A stretch of 64,000 bases of DNA from NCBI GenBank assembly GCA_950097015.1, contig CATNEN010000039.1, forward strand, positions 13,640,001 through 13,704,000, given 5' to 3'. The notes beneath the pieces were generated by a model. It ran no database searches and was not told the DNA's origin. It was given only the letters and a program-made list of their open reading frames with translations. Below are positions 36,201 to 47,314 of this stretch, in pieces. Numbering within the stretch: position 1 is the first letter of the stretch; every line of letters begins with the position of its first letter. Source of the DNA: Macrostomum hystrix (Eukaryota; Animalia; Platyhelminthes). A program made the translations under genes and the position numbers.

Positions 36201-38939
36201 AGGCTTTACTTCTTTATGATATTCACTATCATTAGCTCGCTCACTCACTCAGTTATCCATTCACTCACTCACTCACTCAGTTATCAATTCACTCACTCAC
36301 CTCAGTTATTCATTCACTCACTCACTCACTCAGTTATCTACTCACTCACTCAGTTATCCATTCACTCACTCACTCACTCAGTTATCCATTCACTCATTCA
36401 CTCACTCAGTTATCTATTCACCCATTCACTCACTCAGTTATCCATTCACTCAGTTATCCATTCACTCACTCACTCACTCAGTTATCCATTCACTCACTCA
36501 CTCACTCAGTTATCTATTCACTCACTCACTCAGTTATCCATTCACTCACTCACTCACTCAGTTATCCATTCACTCACTCACTCACTCAGTTATCCATTCA
36601 CTCATTCACTCACTCAGTTATCTATTCACTCATTCACTCACTCAGTTATCCATTCACTCACTCACTCACTCAGTAATCCATTCACTCATTCACTCACTCA
36701 GTTATCTATTCACTCATTCACTCACTCAGTTATCCATTCACTCACTCACCTAAGTTATCCATTCACTCACTCACTCACTCAGTTATCCATTCACTCACTC
36801 ACTCACTTAGTTATCTATTCATTCACTCACTCACTCACCTCAGTTATCCATTCACTCACTCACTCACTTAGTTATCTATTCACTCACTCACTCACCTCAG
36901 TTATCCATTCACTCACTCACTCACTTAGTTATCTATTCATTCACTCACTCACTCACCTCAGTTATCCATTCACTCACTCACTCACTTAGTTATCTATTCA
37001 TTCACTCACTCACTCACTCAGTTATCCATTCACTCACTCACTCACTTAGTTATCTATTCATTCACTCACTCACGCACTCACTCACTCAGTTATCCATTCG
37101 CTCACTCACTCACTCAGTTATCCATTCACTCACTCACCTCAGTTATCCATTCACTCACTCACTCACTCAGTTATCTTTTCACTCACTCACTCAGTTATCC
37201 ATTCACTCACTCACTCACTCAGTTATCCATTCACTCACTCACTCACTCAGTTATCTATTCACTCACTCACTCAGTTATCCATTCACTCACTCACTCACTC
37301 AGTTATCTATTCATTCACTCACTCACTCAGTTATCTATTCACTCACTCACTCACTCAGTTATATATTCACTCATTCACTCACTCAGTTATCCATTCACTC
37401 ACTCACTCACTCAGTTATCCATTCACTCACTCACTCACTCAGTTATCCATTCACTCACTCACTCAGTTATCCACTCACTCACTCACTCACTCAGTTATCC
37501 ATTCACTCACTCACTCACTCAGTTATCCATTCACTCACTCACTTAGTTATCCATTCACTCACTCACTCACTCAGTTATCCATTCACTCACTTACTCAGTT
37601 ATCCATTCGCTCACTCACTCACTTAGTTATCCATTCACTCACTCACTAATCTAAGCATTCACTCGCCTTCTAGTCTATGCACTCACTCATTCACTAATAT
37701 TTACAATTGCTGATTTATTCAGACTAGCACGCTGAATCGATCAATGCCTCTCTGAACAAGCCAGTCACTTTTACATTTGAATCTCCCGCGGGCTTCAGGG
37801 TCACCTAGATACATTGTATGAAACCCTGACTTTCTCCGCAGCCTTACAAACAGTCCTACCTTGGCTTGCACCAGGCCCTGGTAGTGAAGGACATTGTTGC
37901 CGTGTGCGTTAATAAGCCGCCTCACGTGAAAGATTTCTACATCTACGCTTTGCCAGCAAAGGCGCCTGTTCCGTCCGTTCTACTGCCGTTTCATGGACCG
38001 GGTATGATCTTAAAAAGCAATTGCATACTGCTGTTTCCTAGCTTGACTAAGTAGTGCGTTTTGCAATGCTTTCTTATTCACCAATTTATAATTTGCCCAG
38101 GTCTAAGCGACGAAAGGCCCCACCTTCTGTTGGCAATCTTGGTGAAATCTCGCACTGGAGAACATCATCATCAGCAGCAGCAGCAGCAGAATCAGCGTCC
38201 CTCGGCAGCCTCCCATCCCGCCAATCCTTCGCCTCCGCTCTCTCCGTCGGAAGTCCCCAGCCCGACGCCTAGCAGCAGCGAAGATTACGATAATGGGCAG
38301 CTGTTGAACCCTCAACCGACGTTGGTGAAACAGCAGCAGCAGCAGCCGCCGCCGCCACCGCTAACTGCTAGCAGAAACGAAACTCCACCGCCTCCGCCGC
38401 CGCCACCGCCTCCCCCACCGCCGCCCCCACCACCGCCACCGCCGCCGTCGCAGCAGCAGCAGGAGGTTCTCTCCGTTGCGGCCGACCTTCCAGTTGCGGC
38501 TTATTCAACGTCAATGTCTGCAGCAGATTATTTGACTGCAGTGGACGATACATCACCAGTCCCGAGCTATTGGTCAAACTCAGTCGCGCCGATGATGGAG
38601 TCTCAGCAGCAGCAGCAGCAGCACATTGATGCCTACAGCACGGCTTGGCCCAGTGTTGAAGGCTACATAACTCAGCCGCAGCCAGGTCAGATGATGCCAA
38701 TGTCCTACGGAGCACCTGCTGAGTTTTCACCAATGGGCTACATGCAACAGCAGCAGCCCATGCATCATCAAATTCCTCATCATCAGCCATATGCGCCGCC
38801 GCATCCTCACTTTGCTCCTCGCCGGCCATTTGGATTTCGCGGCGGTCGCGGCGGTCCAGGCAGAGGAGGCGCCGGCTTTGGACCGGGTTTTATGCGCGGC
38901 GGCCGGCCCGGTGGTCGGGGTCGGTTTGCACCGTATTGA
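21285..38939 (+). CDS. DIDO1/PHF3/pps-family PHD-finger + SPOC domain protein (~790 aa); exons 21285-21579, 22431-22751, 22835-23040, 35644-36195, 37842-38001, 38101-38939
   Basis: PHD finger CQC...CQNCSDWFHRDC...CCSAC. DTTPGHSEHKWPDMNCRLC resembles the DIDO/PHF3 DTTxxHxxHLFDLNCKIC motif. SPOC: IWSG...AYPVSG...GRL...DYL...HVKDFYI...PVPSVLLPFHGPG. All five GT-AG junctions are phase-compatible (2373 nt total). Pro/Gln-rich and RGG C-terminus. Confidence 0.85.
21790..22370. repeat. 23-bp intronic minisatellite (CTAAGACCCCTGAYATTATCAAT)n
   Basis: Directly visible. Confidence 0.92.
23205..23415. repeat. (TCAC)n microsatellite, left flank of the YR element
   Basis: Directly visible; continues at 35150-35470 on the other side of the insertion. 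Confidence 0.85.
24258..25217 (-). pseudogene. C-terminal half of tyrosine recombinase plus acidic linker and Myb/trihelix-like tail
   Basis: NATKLRKYVAT (HxxR box equivalent), LCDHMGHTMSVHRQFY (H and catalytic Y), ELAKTSKLLLAIDSGK...GKTLDSI, and tail KWSAEE...VPGKREI...RGWRKVKDRFMN. Disrupted by a 68-bp triplication and a frameshift at ~24792. Confidence 0.8.
24984..25195. repeat. 68-bp tandem triplication inside the YR coding region
   Basis: GTCCGAGT recurs at 24984, 25052, 25120 and 25188 with near-identical intervening sequence. Confidence 0.92.
25970..27078 (-). pseudogene. EnSpm second ORF (DUF4806-type protein), fragmented/spliced
   Basis: FCVVKFADGSVEYVSEVWL...CRWPP...PNDDW at the N-terminus and LPCALDDLGQLVEHL later are typical of the accessory ORF of animal EnSpm elements. 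Broken over several frames. Confidence 0.6.
27081..28447 (-). pseudogene. EnSpm/CACTA transposase, N-terminally truncated and frameshifted
   Basis: Motifs CDARARAFIKCIKGHGGYSSCEQC, FPLDYMHLVCLGV, WKATEFRSFLLY, HNVHCLLHL. SAFKFEN continues in another frame near 27600. Confidence 0.85.
29158..30690 (-). pseudogene. N-terminal Zn-binding region and first half of the tyrosine recombinase
   Basis: HLLCRHENE...LRLLGDFEHN...GELIVIR...CLPSKFCFGFF...LYKHCHNC; PSLVLKIGYSLKCCA; LPLTADL; LNKRRASE (catalytic R box); VGKHGQIVPVIIP (catalytic K). Matches the metazoan YR protein family often found with SET domains. Stops/frameshifts around 29770-29945. Confidence 0.8.
30700..31440 (-). repeat. 27-bp coding tandem repeat (TAAAAPGLE)n, linker in the YR element protein
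   Basis: (AAGCCAGGAGCAGCCGCTGCAGTCTCT)n. ORF 31475-30684 is preceded by an acceptor CAG|GTT at ~31504. One further unit occurs at ~31985-32035. Confidence 0.85.
31618..31777. repeat. Internal direct repeat, copy A (pairs with 33181-33348)
   Basis: ~145-160 bp at roughly 90% identity (by eye) to 33181-33348. Contains GCTCGACCTAATC, which matches the element terminus. Confidence 0.85.
32070..32881 (-). pseudogene. DBF4/ASK/Chiffon-like module (BRCT-like motif N, motif M, motif C zinc finger); exons 32881-32732 and 32636 onward
   Basis: Spliced (GT-AG, phase 0, 95-bp intron) translation: LLYGKRVFVL...LESFLTQSCGVIVDHFFSKE|VDAVVTT...DILQKAKELCIIV (motif N), LKLSPPAIVISDMKKIYRPIVY (motif M), CENCSGKFTDFNAHLQSKEHARF (DBF4-type Zn finger). 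An in-frame TAA at 32168-32166 is followed by the expected KNAFKHIDSIISQLP. Confidence 0.8.
33181..33348. repeat. Internal direct repeat, copy B (pairs with 31618-31777)
   Basis: CATCGAGGTTGTAATCGAACTCAGCTCGACCTTATCCCAATTCATTGAGTTCACTCTGATCTGAAAGCCCAGCTCGTGTCGGACTGCAGGACTAC... aligns to copy A. Confidence 0.85.
33620..33890 (-). CDS. Chromodomain split over two small exons (33890-33778, 33690-33620); probable N-terminus of the YR element protein
   Basis: ATG at 33890. MPTRKSKKLHNVLSVLKCRKCKTNGDYEYLVHWEGCK|RKHATWEPRKNFPERVLRKF has the EYLVxWxG and TWEPxxN chromodomain signatures. GT-AG junction in phase 2. Confidence 0.72.
35150..35470. repeat. (TCAC)n degenerate microsatellite, right flank of the YR element
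   Basis: Directly visible. Confidence 0.85.
36235..37695. repeat. (TCAC)n-based intronic minisatellite with AGTTATCCAT spacer
   Basis: Directly visible. Confidence 0.92.
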
Positions 38940-41113
38940 CGCATTTCTACTACAGGCTTAGTTCTAGAACCCGAGCCGAGCCATTCTATCTCATAGATGC
39001 GTTATAATTTGACATTCTAAAGCACACTAGAGGCAGCTGTGTTTGCGACTGGCGCTTGGTTATGGTTATTATTTATTACTAAGAAACAGAGGCCTGAACA
39101 GTTTCTATAATATTTGTCTACATAAGTAAATATCTATTTAAATACTCCATATATATTTGATATTTCAAACGGTTTTGATTTGTCCATTTTTCTAAAGTCC
39201 ATAGACATTGAGCCAATGGAATCGTTCGTTTATATAAATTCTGATTTTTGGCTTCTCTCTCTCTCTGTTGCTCTAGTACAGAGCATTTTTATTGTTCGTA
39301 CTTTTTATTGTTTACTAAACCACCACCCTAAACTCTTATCTCTGCTGCTTTTTTATTTTAGTCGCCTAAATTTAATTATATCGATAAACACTTAATACGC
39401 TACTGAAAAGACGAGTTTCAGTAGAAATATGAGAATTTAGTTGTTTAAGCTTATATAGGAAACAAAAAGTAATAAATATAATTACTAATCTGAAGCTTAG
39501 AAGCCGCTTATACTACATCTACTTATAGTCAATTATATAATGATTCACGACTATAGTAAATGTAATAATATATGTTGACCAACTAATCAAAGCAGTCACT
39601 TCGAGTGGATTAATTTAGATTAATCTGTTTTTATTTATCTTTCATTATTCATTTAGTATTTTTACCATATGCATATAGTTGTTTGTTGAACTTATTCCAA
39701 CAGTTGCTGTCTATACATTGTTATTAAAATAGATCAATAATTCTTTCCTGCTGTCTTTTCTGTGACTCTCTGGTTTATGTTGACGTAAAACTAAATTCTT
39801 CTAAGCTGTTATTCCTTTATTTATTTCATTCTGTTTCTTATTCGATGACACTTTAGGCACTGAAGTGATGTGTTTTATTTTATTGTTATAGCCTCTTCTC
39901 GCTTTGTAAATGTTCGCGCTTGTCACGCTTTTTAGGCGTGTGTTATATATCTACTGTCTGTTTTGCTTTACTATTGTAACTTTCCAGAAGAAATAAATAT
40001 CAACAAAATCTGATATTGACTCTTATTTAGCCATTGCCCCTGACAATTTTTTTCATTTATGATGTTTTTTAACTTTAAAGAGAAGTGAATAATATTTGAA
40101 AGATGATTTCACTCTAAACTGAAGACTTTTTCTCTGAAATTTAAATTGGTGCCAAAATTGATAAAGCTAATTGAATCATTAATTCAGAGCAGAAAAACTA
40201 AATATAATTTTTTTGTGTTATAATATGTTTTTTAAAAGTGATAACTGTTCAATAACGGTTTTACCCTTATTTTTTTGTTGAAATAAACTTTTGGCGCCAA
40301 TTTAAATAAAAGGAAAACTAACAAAACAGTTTTTTTTTCATTTTAATAATAGCAGTGACAATTTTAGCTTGTCACTTATTGTACTTGTGTTTATAAAGTC
40401 ACCCGAAACGCAAACGAAATGCTGACTGGTATTAATATGACTTGAGTCAATAATTAATTTGCTGTTATTGGTTCATTTCGATTATCTTATTGCACATGCA
40501 CGCATGCCGTAACTTTTTTATTCTTCGATTGTAAAATTGCAATGTGACAAGCCAGCAATAAATATTTAAGCCATTTAATTAGATTTAGTTAGTTGGAGCC
40601 ATTTAAACTTTGTGATTAACTGTCAAGTCTGCTACAAATCATTAAATGTTTGGCGTTAGCTTTCTTTTGTCTTTTACTTTTTGTTTTACTATATGACAAA
40701 ATCGGAGTTTCAATACATATAGGACTCAAGCACTAATTCACTTGTATGACTTCTATTCTAGCGGAAGATGTTTTTTAATAAAATTGCTTTGAAAAGATCA
40801 AGGAGCTGAAAATGAATGATTAATTTTTTACGGCAATATTGTAGTATAATGTGTCCACCAAAACACGCAATATAAGGCTCTTAACTGCCTTACTTTTGAA
40901 CTTGACTAACTGCTGGAAAAAAATACGCCACATATCGGATAAGTGTGTTACTGTAAGTAGTCTTGAGGCTGCTGAGAACATCACGACAAGAAAATTTTAA
41001 TTATCGATGATTATTAATTTTTAAGCCAAATTGTGTTACAACTGTCGAGGCTTCAAAGAGCATCCGTGTTATCAGGTCAGTTGCAAAAAGCAAATAGACA
41101 ACAAAAAGTGATA

Positions 41114-41185
41114 CTCCCCGACCGGGAATCGAACCCGGGCCTTCCACGTGACAGGCGGAGATACTGACCACTATACTATCGAGGA
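41114..41185 (-). tRNA. tRNA-Asp (GTC)
   Basis: TCCTCGATAGTATAGTGGTCAGTATCTCCGCCTGTCACGTGGAAGGCCCGGGTTCGATTCCCGGTCGGGGAG: 72 nt, intact acceptor, anticodon and T stems, GTC anticodon, downstream T5 Pol III terminator. Confidence 0.95.
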
Positions 41186-41349
41186 GTTAGTCATAAAGTG
41201 GGCAATTTGGCTTTTTATACAGAGTAGAAGCATATACTTGGCGTTCTATCATGGGTCTAACATCCATCATATAAAATTTTTAAGTGTTTCATGCAGCACT
41301 AAATCGGATAGAAATAAAAAAAATCATTTCAAATAATAAAAGAAATTCA

Positions 41350-44300
41350 CTACTGCCTTCGCAGGCGTTCAATAAAAAAGAATGTCTCGTTAGACGCTGC
41401 CGAGATCTCGCGGAACTTGTCAGTACAAATAAAAGACAGCCAGTCATTAACCAGCAGGCGTCGAATGCCATACAGAATGCAAATCGTAGCCCGGGCGCCT
41501 ATCTGGTGGCTCAGCTCGCAGTGAATCCAGATGCTGTCGTTCATCTGGACGGAAGTCTCAACCGACATGTCGCTAGTGCTGTCTCGAAACGTCACCTGTG
41601 GGATCGTGGGATTAATTACTGACAACTATTAGCTATACGTACTCTTTTGTACTATTATAACACCTTGAGGAGGACAACCGTTCCTGGAAATCCTTCCGAA
41701 TCCGCCCCTACCCCAGAGAACGACCTCCTAAATCCGCCCCTACCCCAGAGAACGACCTCCCAAATCCGCCCCTACCCCAGAGAACGACCTCCCAAACACG
41801 CCCCTACCCCAGAGAACACCCTCCCAAATCCGCCCCTACCCCAGAGAACGACCTCCTAAATCCGCCCCTACCCCAGAGAACACCCTCCCAAATCCGCCCC
41901 TACCCCAGAGAACACCCTCCCAAATCAGCCCCTTCCCCAGAGAACACCCTCCCAAATCCGCCCCTTCCCCAGAGAACACCCTCCCAAATCAGCCTCTTCC
42001 CCAGAGAACACCCTCCCAAATCCGCCCCTACCCCAGAGAACACCCTCCCAAATCCGCCCCTTCCCCAGAAAACGCCCTCCCAAATCCGCCCCTACCCCAG
42101 AGAACACCCTCCCAAATCCCCCACTTCCCCAGAGAACACCATCCCAAATCCGCCCCTACCCCAGAGAACGACCTCCTAAATCCGCCCCTACCCCAGAGAT
42201 CACCCTCCCAAATCCGCCCCTACCCCAGAGAACGCCCTCCCAAATCCGCCCCTACCCCAGAAAACGCCCTCCCAAATCCGCCCCTACCCCAGAGAACGAC
42301 CTCCTAAATCCGCCCCTACCCCAGAGATCACCCTCCCAAATCAGCCCCTTCCCCAGAGAACACCCTCCTAAATCCGCCCCTACCCCAGAGAACGACCTCC
42401 CAAATCCGCCCCTACCCCAGAGAACGACCTCCGAAACACGCCCCTACCCCAGAGAACACCCTCCCAATTCCGCCCCTACCCCAGAGAACGACCTCCTAAA
42501 TCCGCCCCTACCCCAGAGATCACCCTCCCAAATCCGCCCCTTCCCCAGAGAACACCATCCCAAATCCGCCCCTACCCCAGAGAACGACCTCCTAAATCCG
42601 CCCCTACCCCAGAGAACACCCTCCCAAATCCGCCCCTTCCCCAGAGAACACCCTCCCAAATCCGCCCCTTCCCCAGAGATCACCCTCCCAAATCAGCCCC
42701 TTCCCCAGAGAACACCCTCCTAAATCCGCCCCTTCCCCAGAGAACACCCTCCAAAATTTATTTGTCAAAGCCATTTCAGTTACTAACCTTGAGTTTGCTA
42801 AGTGTTCCAAAAGCAAATAGAAATTCGTATATTATAAGCAACGCACACTGCATCAGATTAAAATACGCGCGTTAGTCAAGCGCGTTAAGACAAAACTGAC
42901 TATAGTTTAAAATGGTAAAATCTTCACCTTAGCATATACCCTGTACACTGCGGACTGTTTGATGACTAGCTTTGTCTTCAGGTCATCCTGTATTAGTTGG
43001 CCAAACTGTTCAAAGCTAGGCTTCCCCGGTCCTTGTGGCCTTTTGATTCCATCTTCAGTTAGGGGGCCAAAGTGTTCTCCTGAAAGAATGGAAAGAAAAT
43101 ATCCGTAATAGGTAAATAAATATTTACAGGTAAATATAGATTTACAGGTAAATATAGACTTAAAGGTAAAACATCAATAGATAAATAGATTACCAATGTT
43201 AGGTGCTAAAATTACACAATTAAGGTACCGACTAACAGACAAAGTATACTTACGAATGAAAAAATGTCGTACTTTATTGTTAGATTAGATCTCTTTCAAC
43301 AATATACTACGACACGAAGAAAGACGATAATAAGTATATCAGGTTTACTGTTTCCTCGGCATGAAAACTTGGACTGAATCTATCAAATGATTAATAACCT
43401 ACTTGCTACTCTACTCACCATTAGTAGTGTAAATCAAGCCATTCAGGCAGCCATTGTCGAGCCCGACGTTGCAACTGCTCAGACGTTTCGTGTCGAATAC
43501 CAATCGCATCCACGCCTGAGAACCGGATGAGAACCAGAGAAAACTTTCTTTTTACGCATCTGAGAATCGTCGTTTCTAAAAACAATGATTCTATAAATCG
43601 GCATTTCTAAGAATCTCTGTTTCTCAGAATCAACGATTCTCAAAAAGTTTCTAAAATAAACGTTTTAAAAAATCTACATTTCTTAAAAGCAATGTTTCTA
43701 AAGAATTTATGTTTCTGAGAATCGTCGTTTCTGTGTATAAATCAGCGTCGATAAGAATCAATGAGAATCTGTGTTTCTCAGAATCGACGTTTCGAAAAAT
43801 CTACTTTTCCTAAAATTGACGTAGCTGAAAATCGGTGTGGATGAGAATCTATGTTTCCATGAATCAACGTTTCTTAAAATCGACGTTTCTAAGAATTGAC
43901 AGTTCTGAGAATCGATGTTTTTGCGTATCGGCGTCTAAAAGAATTAATTTTTCTGAGAATCTGTGTTTCTTAGAATCGAAGTTTCTAAAAATCTATGTTT
44001 CTAAGAAATTATCTTTTTGCGAATCGACGTTGATAAGAATCAATATTTCTAAGAATTTGTGCTTCTCAAAATCGACGTTTCTAAAAATCGACGATTCCAA
44101 AATAAACGCTTCTTAACATATACTTTTCTTAAAATCGAGGTTTCTGAAAATCGACGTGTTATGAGAACTGATGTTTCTAAGAATCAACGTTTCTTAGAAT
44201 CAATGTTACTAAAAAACGTTTCTAAAAATCTTGTTTTGAAAACTCGAATTCATAGATTTACTCGTAGTTTTCTAAGAGTCGGCAGTCAAGGCTGAGCAGC

Positions 44301-44744
44301 CTATTTCTCACCTGGTCCGTCTCCAGTTTGGAAATAGCCAGCTGATCCATTTTAGTCTTTCTCAGAATCACGCAGCCAATGGCAAACGCTGCCACCAGAA
44401 TGGCCTGCATCAGCAACCAGAAGCGCGGACTGCTGATCAGTGACCGTTCAGGCCGACGACTCCTCCGCGACGGAGCTGGTGGCAGAGCTTTGTCCCATTC
44501 GCCGATGCTATTAGACTTAGCAGATTCGAAATCGTCGTGAATAGTGGTGTAGAGGCTGCTGCTTAAACTGTTTCGGTTTGAATTCGAGCTACCAGGTGCT
44601 GCGACGGTTCTGGTTTTGACTCCTCTGTAGGAAAATTCAGTTGGCATCAATAGGTGGTAACACAATATAGTCTTTAAACGCGATTAAAATACAGAATTAA
44701 CGTCACCTGGTTGGTAGAGGAGGTGGAAGGTCGCCTCGTCGCAT
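41350..44744 (-). CDS. TNF-superfamily ligand-like type II membrane protein (~281 aa); exons 44744-44707, 44624-44312, 43515-43419, 43079-42928, 41595-41350
   Basis: All four GT-AG junctions are phase-compatible (846 nt). Single TM FWLLMQAILVAAFAIGCVIL. C-terminal LVIKQSAVYRVYAK|VTFRDST...TICILYGIRRLLVNDWLSF...ISAASNETFFFIERL matches the TNF homology pattern (LxIxxxGxYxVYxQVxF ... GxxxLxxxDxL ... TFFG). Confidence 0.72.
41697..42752. repeat. 30-bp C-rich intronic minisatellite (CCAAATCCGCCCCTACCCCAGAGAACACCCTC-like)
   Basis: Directly visible tandem copies. Confidence 0.92.
43550..44240. repeat. Degenerate intronic minisatellite (TTTCTAAGAATCGACG-like units)
   Basis: Recurrent GTTTCTRAGAATC motif. 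Confidence 0.7.
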
Positions 44745-45041
44745 CGTGATTCCGCAGCTTCAAATTGTCAAGCCAAGATTTACTTCTAGAAATTTATCAG
44801 CTCGGCTTTTTAAAGAAATGCTTAGAAGAAGATGCTTATCAATGCGGTTGTTGTATACAAATCTGCTAGCTTAACAGCAGGTGAACGTGCGTTTTCGCCT
44901 CATACGGGTTAGAACTTCAACTTGTACACTAAATGGTGGCAATTTTTAATAAATAATTGTTGCTTTGCACAAACTGCTATAAATAAGTTGCTACAAGACC
45001 AACTTGCGTGTGAAATGAAAAAAAGAACAACCTATATGTAA

Positions 45042-45267
45042 AATGAAAAGTGGACCAATGAAAGGAGGACCAATGAAAAGAGGACCAATGAAAAGAGGAC
45101 CAAATTGTGTCTAAAAAGGAAAAGAGGACCAATGAAAAGAGGACCAATGAAAAGAGGACCAATGAAAAGAGGACCAATGAAAAAAAGACCAATGAAAAGA
45201 GGACCAATGAAAAGAGGACCAATGAAAAGAGGACCAATGAAAAGTGGACCAATGAAAAGTGGACCAA
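45042..45267. repeat. 15-bp minisatellite (GACCAATGAAAAGAG)n
   Basis: Directly visible. Confidence 0.9.
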
Positions 45268-45289
45268 ATTGTGTGTAAAACTGTCAAAC

Positions 45290-46068
45290 AGGTTTTCTAC
45301 TGTCTAAAACGTTAGCTACTGTCGAACAGGTTATAGCTACTGTATAACAGGTAATTGCTACTGTCTAACAGGTTAGCTACTGTCTAACAGGTTAGCTACT
45401 GTCTAACAGGTTAGCTACTGTCTAACAGGTTAGCTACTGTCTAACAGGTTAGCTATTGTCTAACAGGTTAGCTACTGTCTAACAGGTTAGCTATTGTCTA
45501 ACAGATTAGCTACTGTCTAACAGGTTAGCTATTGTCTAACAGTTTAGCTACTGACTAACAGGTCAGTAGCTAAACGGCTACTGTCTAACACGTTAGCTAC
45601 TGTCGAACAGGTTATAGCTACTGTATAACAGGTTATAGCTACTGTATAACAGGTTATTGCTACTGTCTAACAGGTTAGCTACTGTCTAACAGGTTAGCTA
45701 CTGTCTAACAGGTTAGCTACTGTCTAACAGGTTAGCTACTGTCTAACAGGTTAGCTATTGTCTAACAGGTTAGCTACTGTCTAACAGGTTAGCTATTGTC
45801 TAACAGATTAGCTACTGTCTAACAGTTTAGCTACTGTCTAACAGTTTAGCTACTGTCTAACAGGTTGGCTACTGTCTAACAGGTTTTATCTACTGTCTAA
45901 CAGGTTGGCTACTGTCTAACAGATTTGCTACTGTCTAACAGTTTAGCTACTGTCTAACAGTTTAGCTACTGTCTAACAGGTTGGCTACTGTTTAACAGGT
46001 TATAGCTACTGTCTAACAGGTTAGCTACTGTCTAACAGGTTAGCTACGGTCTAGAAGGTTAGCTACTA
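45290..46068 (+). repeat. 19-bp minisatellite (GCTACTGTCTAACAGGTTA)n
   Basis: Directly visible; same family in inverted orientation at 52093-53011. Confidence 0.92.
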
Positions 46069-46569
46069 AAATAGTTCATCTCAGAAATAGTTTAGTCTCA
46101 ATAATAACTGCTCAAACGCAGAGTGGTGCACACCCATGCCTTTTTGAAGTGTGTATTTACAAAAGTCACATCAAGAGGCAGGTGGGCAGATGGATGTCAA
46201 ACAGGAAGTCTGGCTCGAAGACCGCTGCCCTCCCATGAGTAGCTACTCAAGGTTAAAAAAAACAGGGAACAGATGAGGCTTACCTGTCAAGACAATCTAT
46301 TAAGGATGTTCATGGAGCAAACGGCTCTCATCCGCCTAATGCAATTCAGAGAGCCTTGGAGTCCTATTAAGTGGCCGTGCTTGCCAGCGACCAGCCTCCG
46401 CCCCTTGAATGAGAACTGAGCAGGAACTGCTCCGTGACGGGCAAGGTAGAAATGGGGAAAGCACTTTGAGGAAGCAGCACTTTTACCTGGAAGGCCGAGT
46501 GGCCACTTGTTAAATTGGATGCCTGTTTAACAAGTGAACTTTCTGATTTCGCTCAAGATTTACTTCATT

Positions 46570-46768
46570 CTACCAACTGTCAATCTGCTGATGTACCAAC
46601 TGTCAATCTGCTGATCTACCAACTGTCTATCTGCTGATCTACCAACTGTCTATCTGCTGATCTACCAACTGTCAATCTGCTGATCTACCAACTGTCTATC
46701 TGCTGATGTACCAACTGTCAATCTGCTGATGTACCAACTGTCAATCTGCCGATCTATCAACTGTCTAT
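46570..46768. repeat. 23-bp minisatellite (CTACCAACTGTCWATCTGCTGAT)n
   Basis: Directly visible. Confidence 0.88.
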
Positions 46769-47314
46769 TTTATGTCTAGACAGCTCAGGGATCTAGGAAA
46801 TGTTGGCTGCAGGTAAAAATCTTGCATGTACTTCTTGTGCAGGCTCTTCAATCGTTAAGAATTTTCGTATTGGTCGTTAGTCACACGCGAGTGCGCCTGC
46901 TGATACTCTAAACAGTGAATTGCAGTCCCCATCTGATCATTAACCCAGCCCTCCGGGCATGCTCAAACTTGAGAATGCTTGCTAACCCCATTGACTCCGG
47001 CTCAACCGCCAGCCAGTCTTCGTGCTGACCACACGAGAAGGTCAATTAGCTGCGCTTAGCTGTGCCAATGCGCTGAGAAATAATTGGTAGAGTGTAATTC
47101 CAGAATCTCACGACATAGACAAGAAAATACGAGACCATAGCTCAATCATAATGGCAATGAGAATAGTGAATCCATGTTGTGTACTTGATGTTCAATTCAT
47201 TACTACGTCAATAAATCATAATTTGTTAACATTGCCACAAGGCAAATCCATAGACAGACATAGACGAATATGAATCAGGCGCGGTCAATATAGGTACTGT
47301 TTTTTAATACATTT

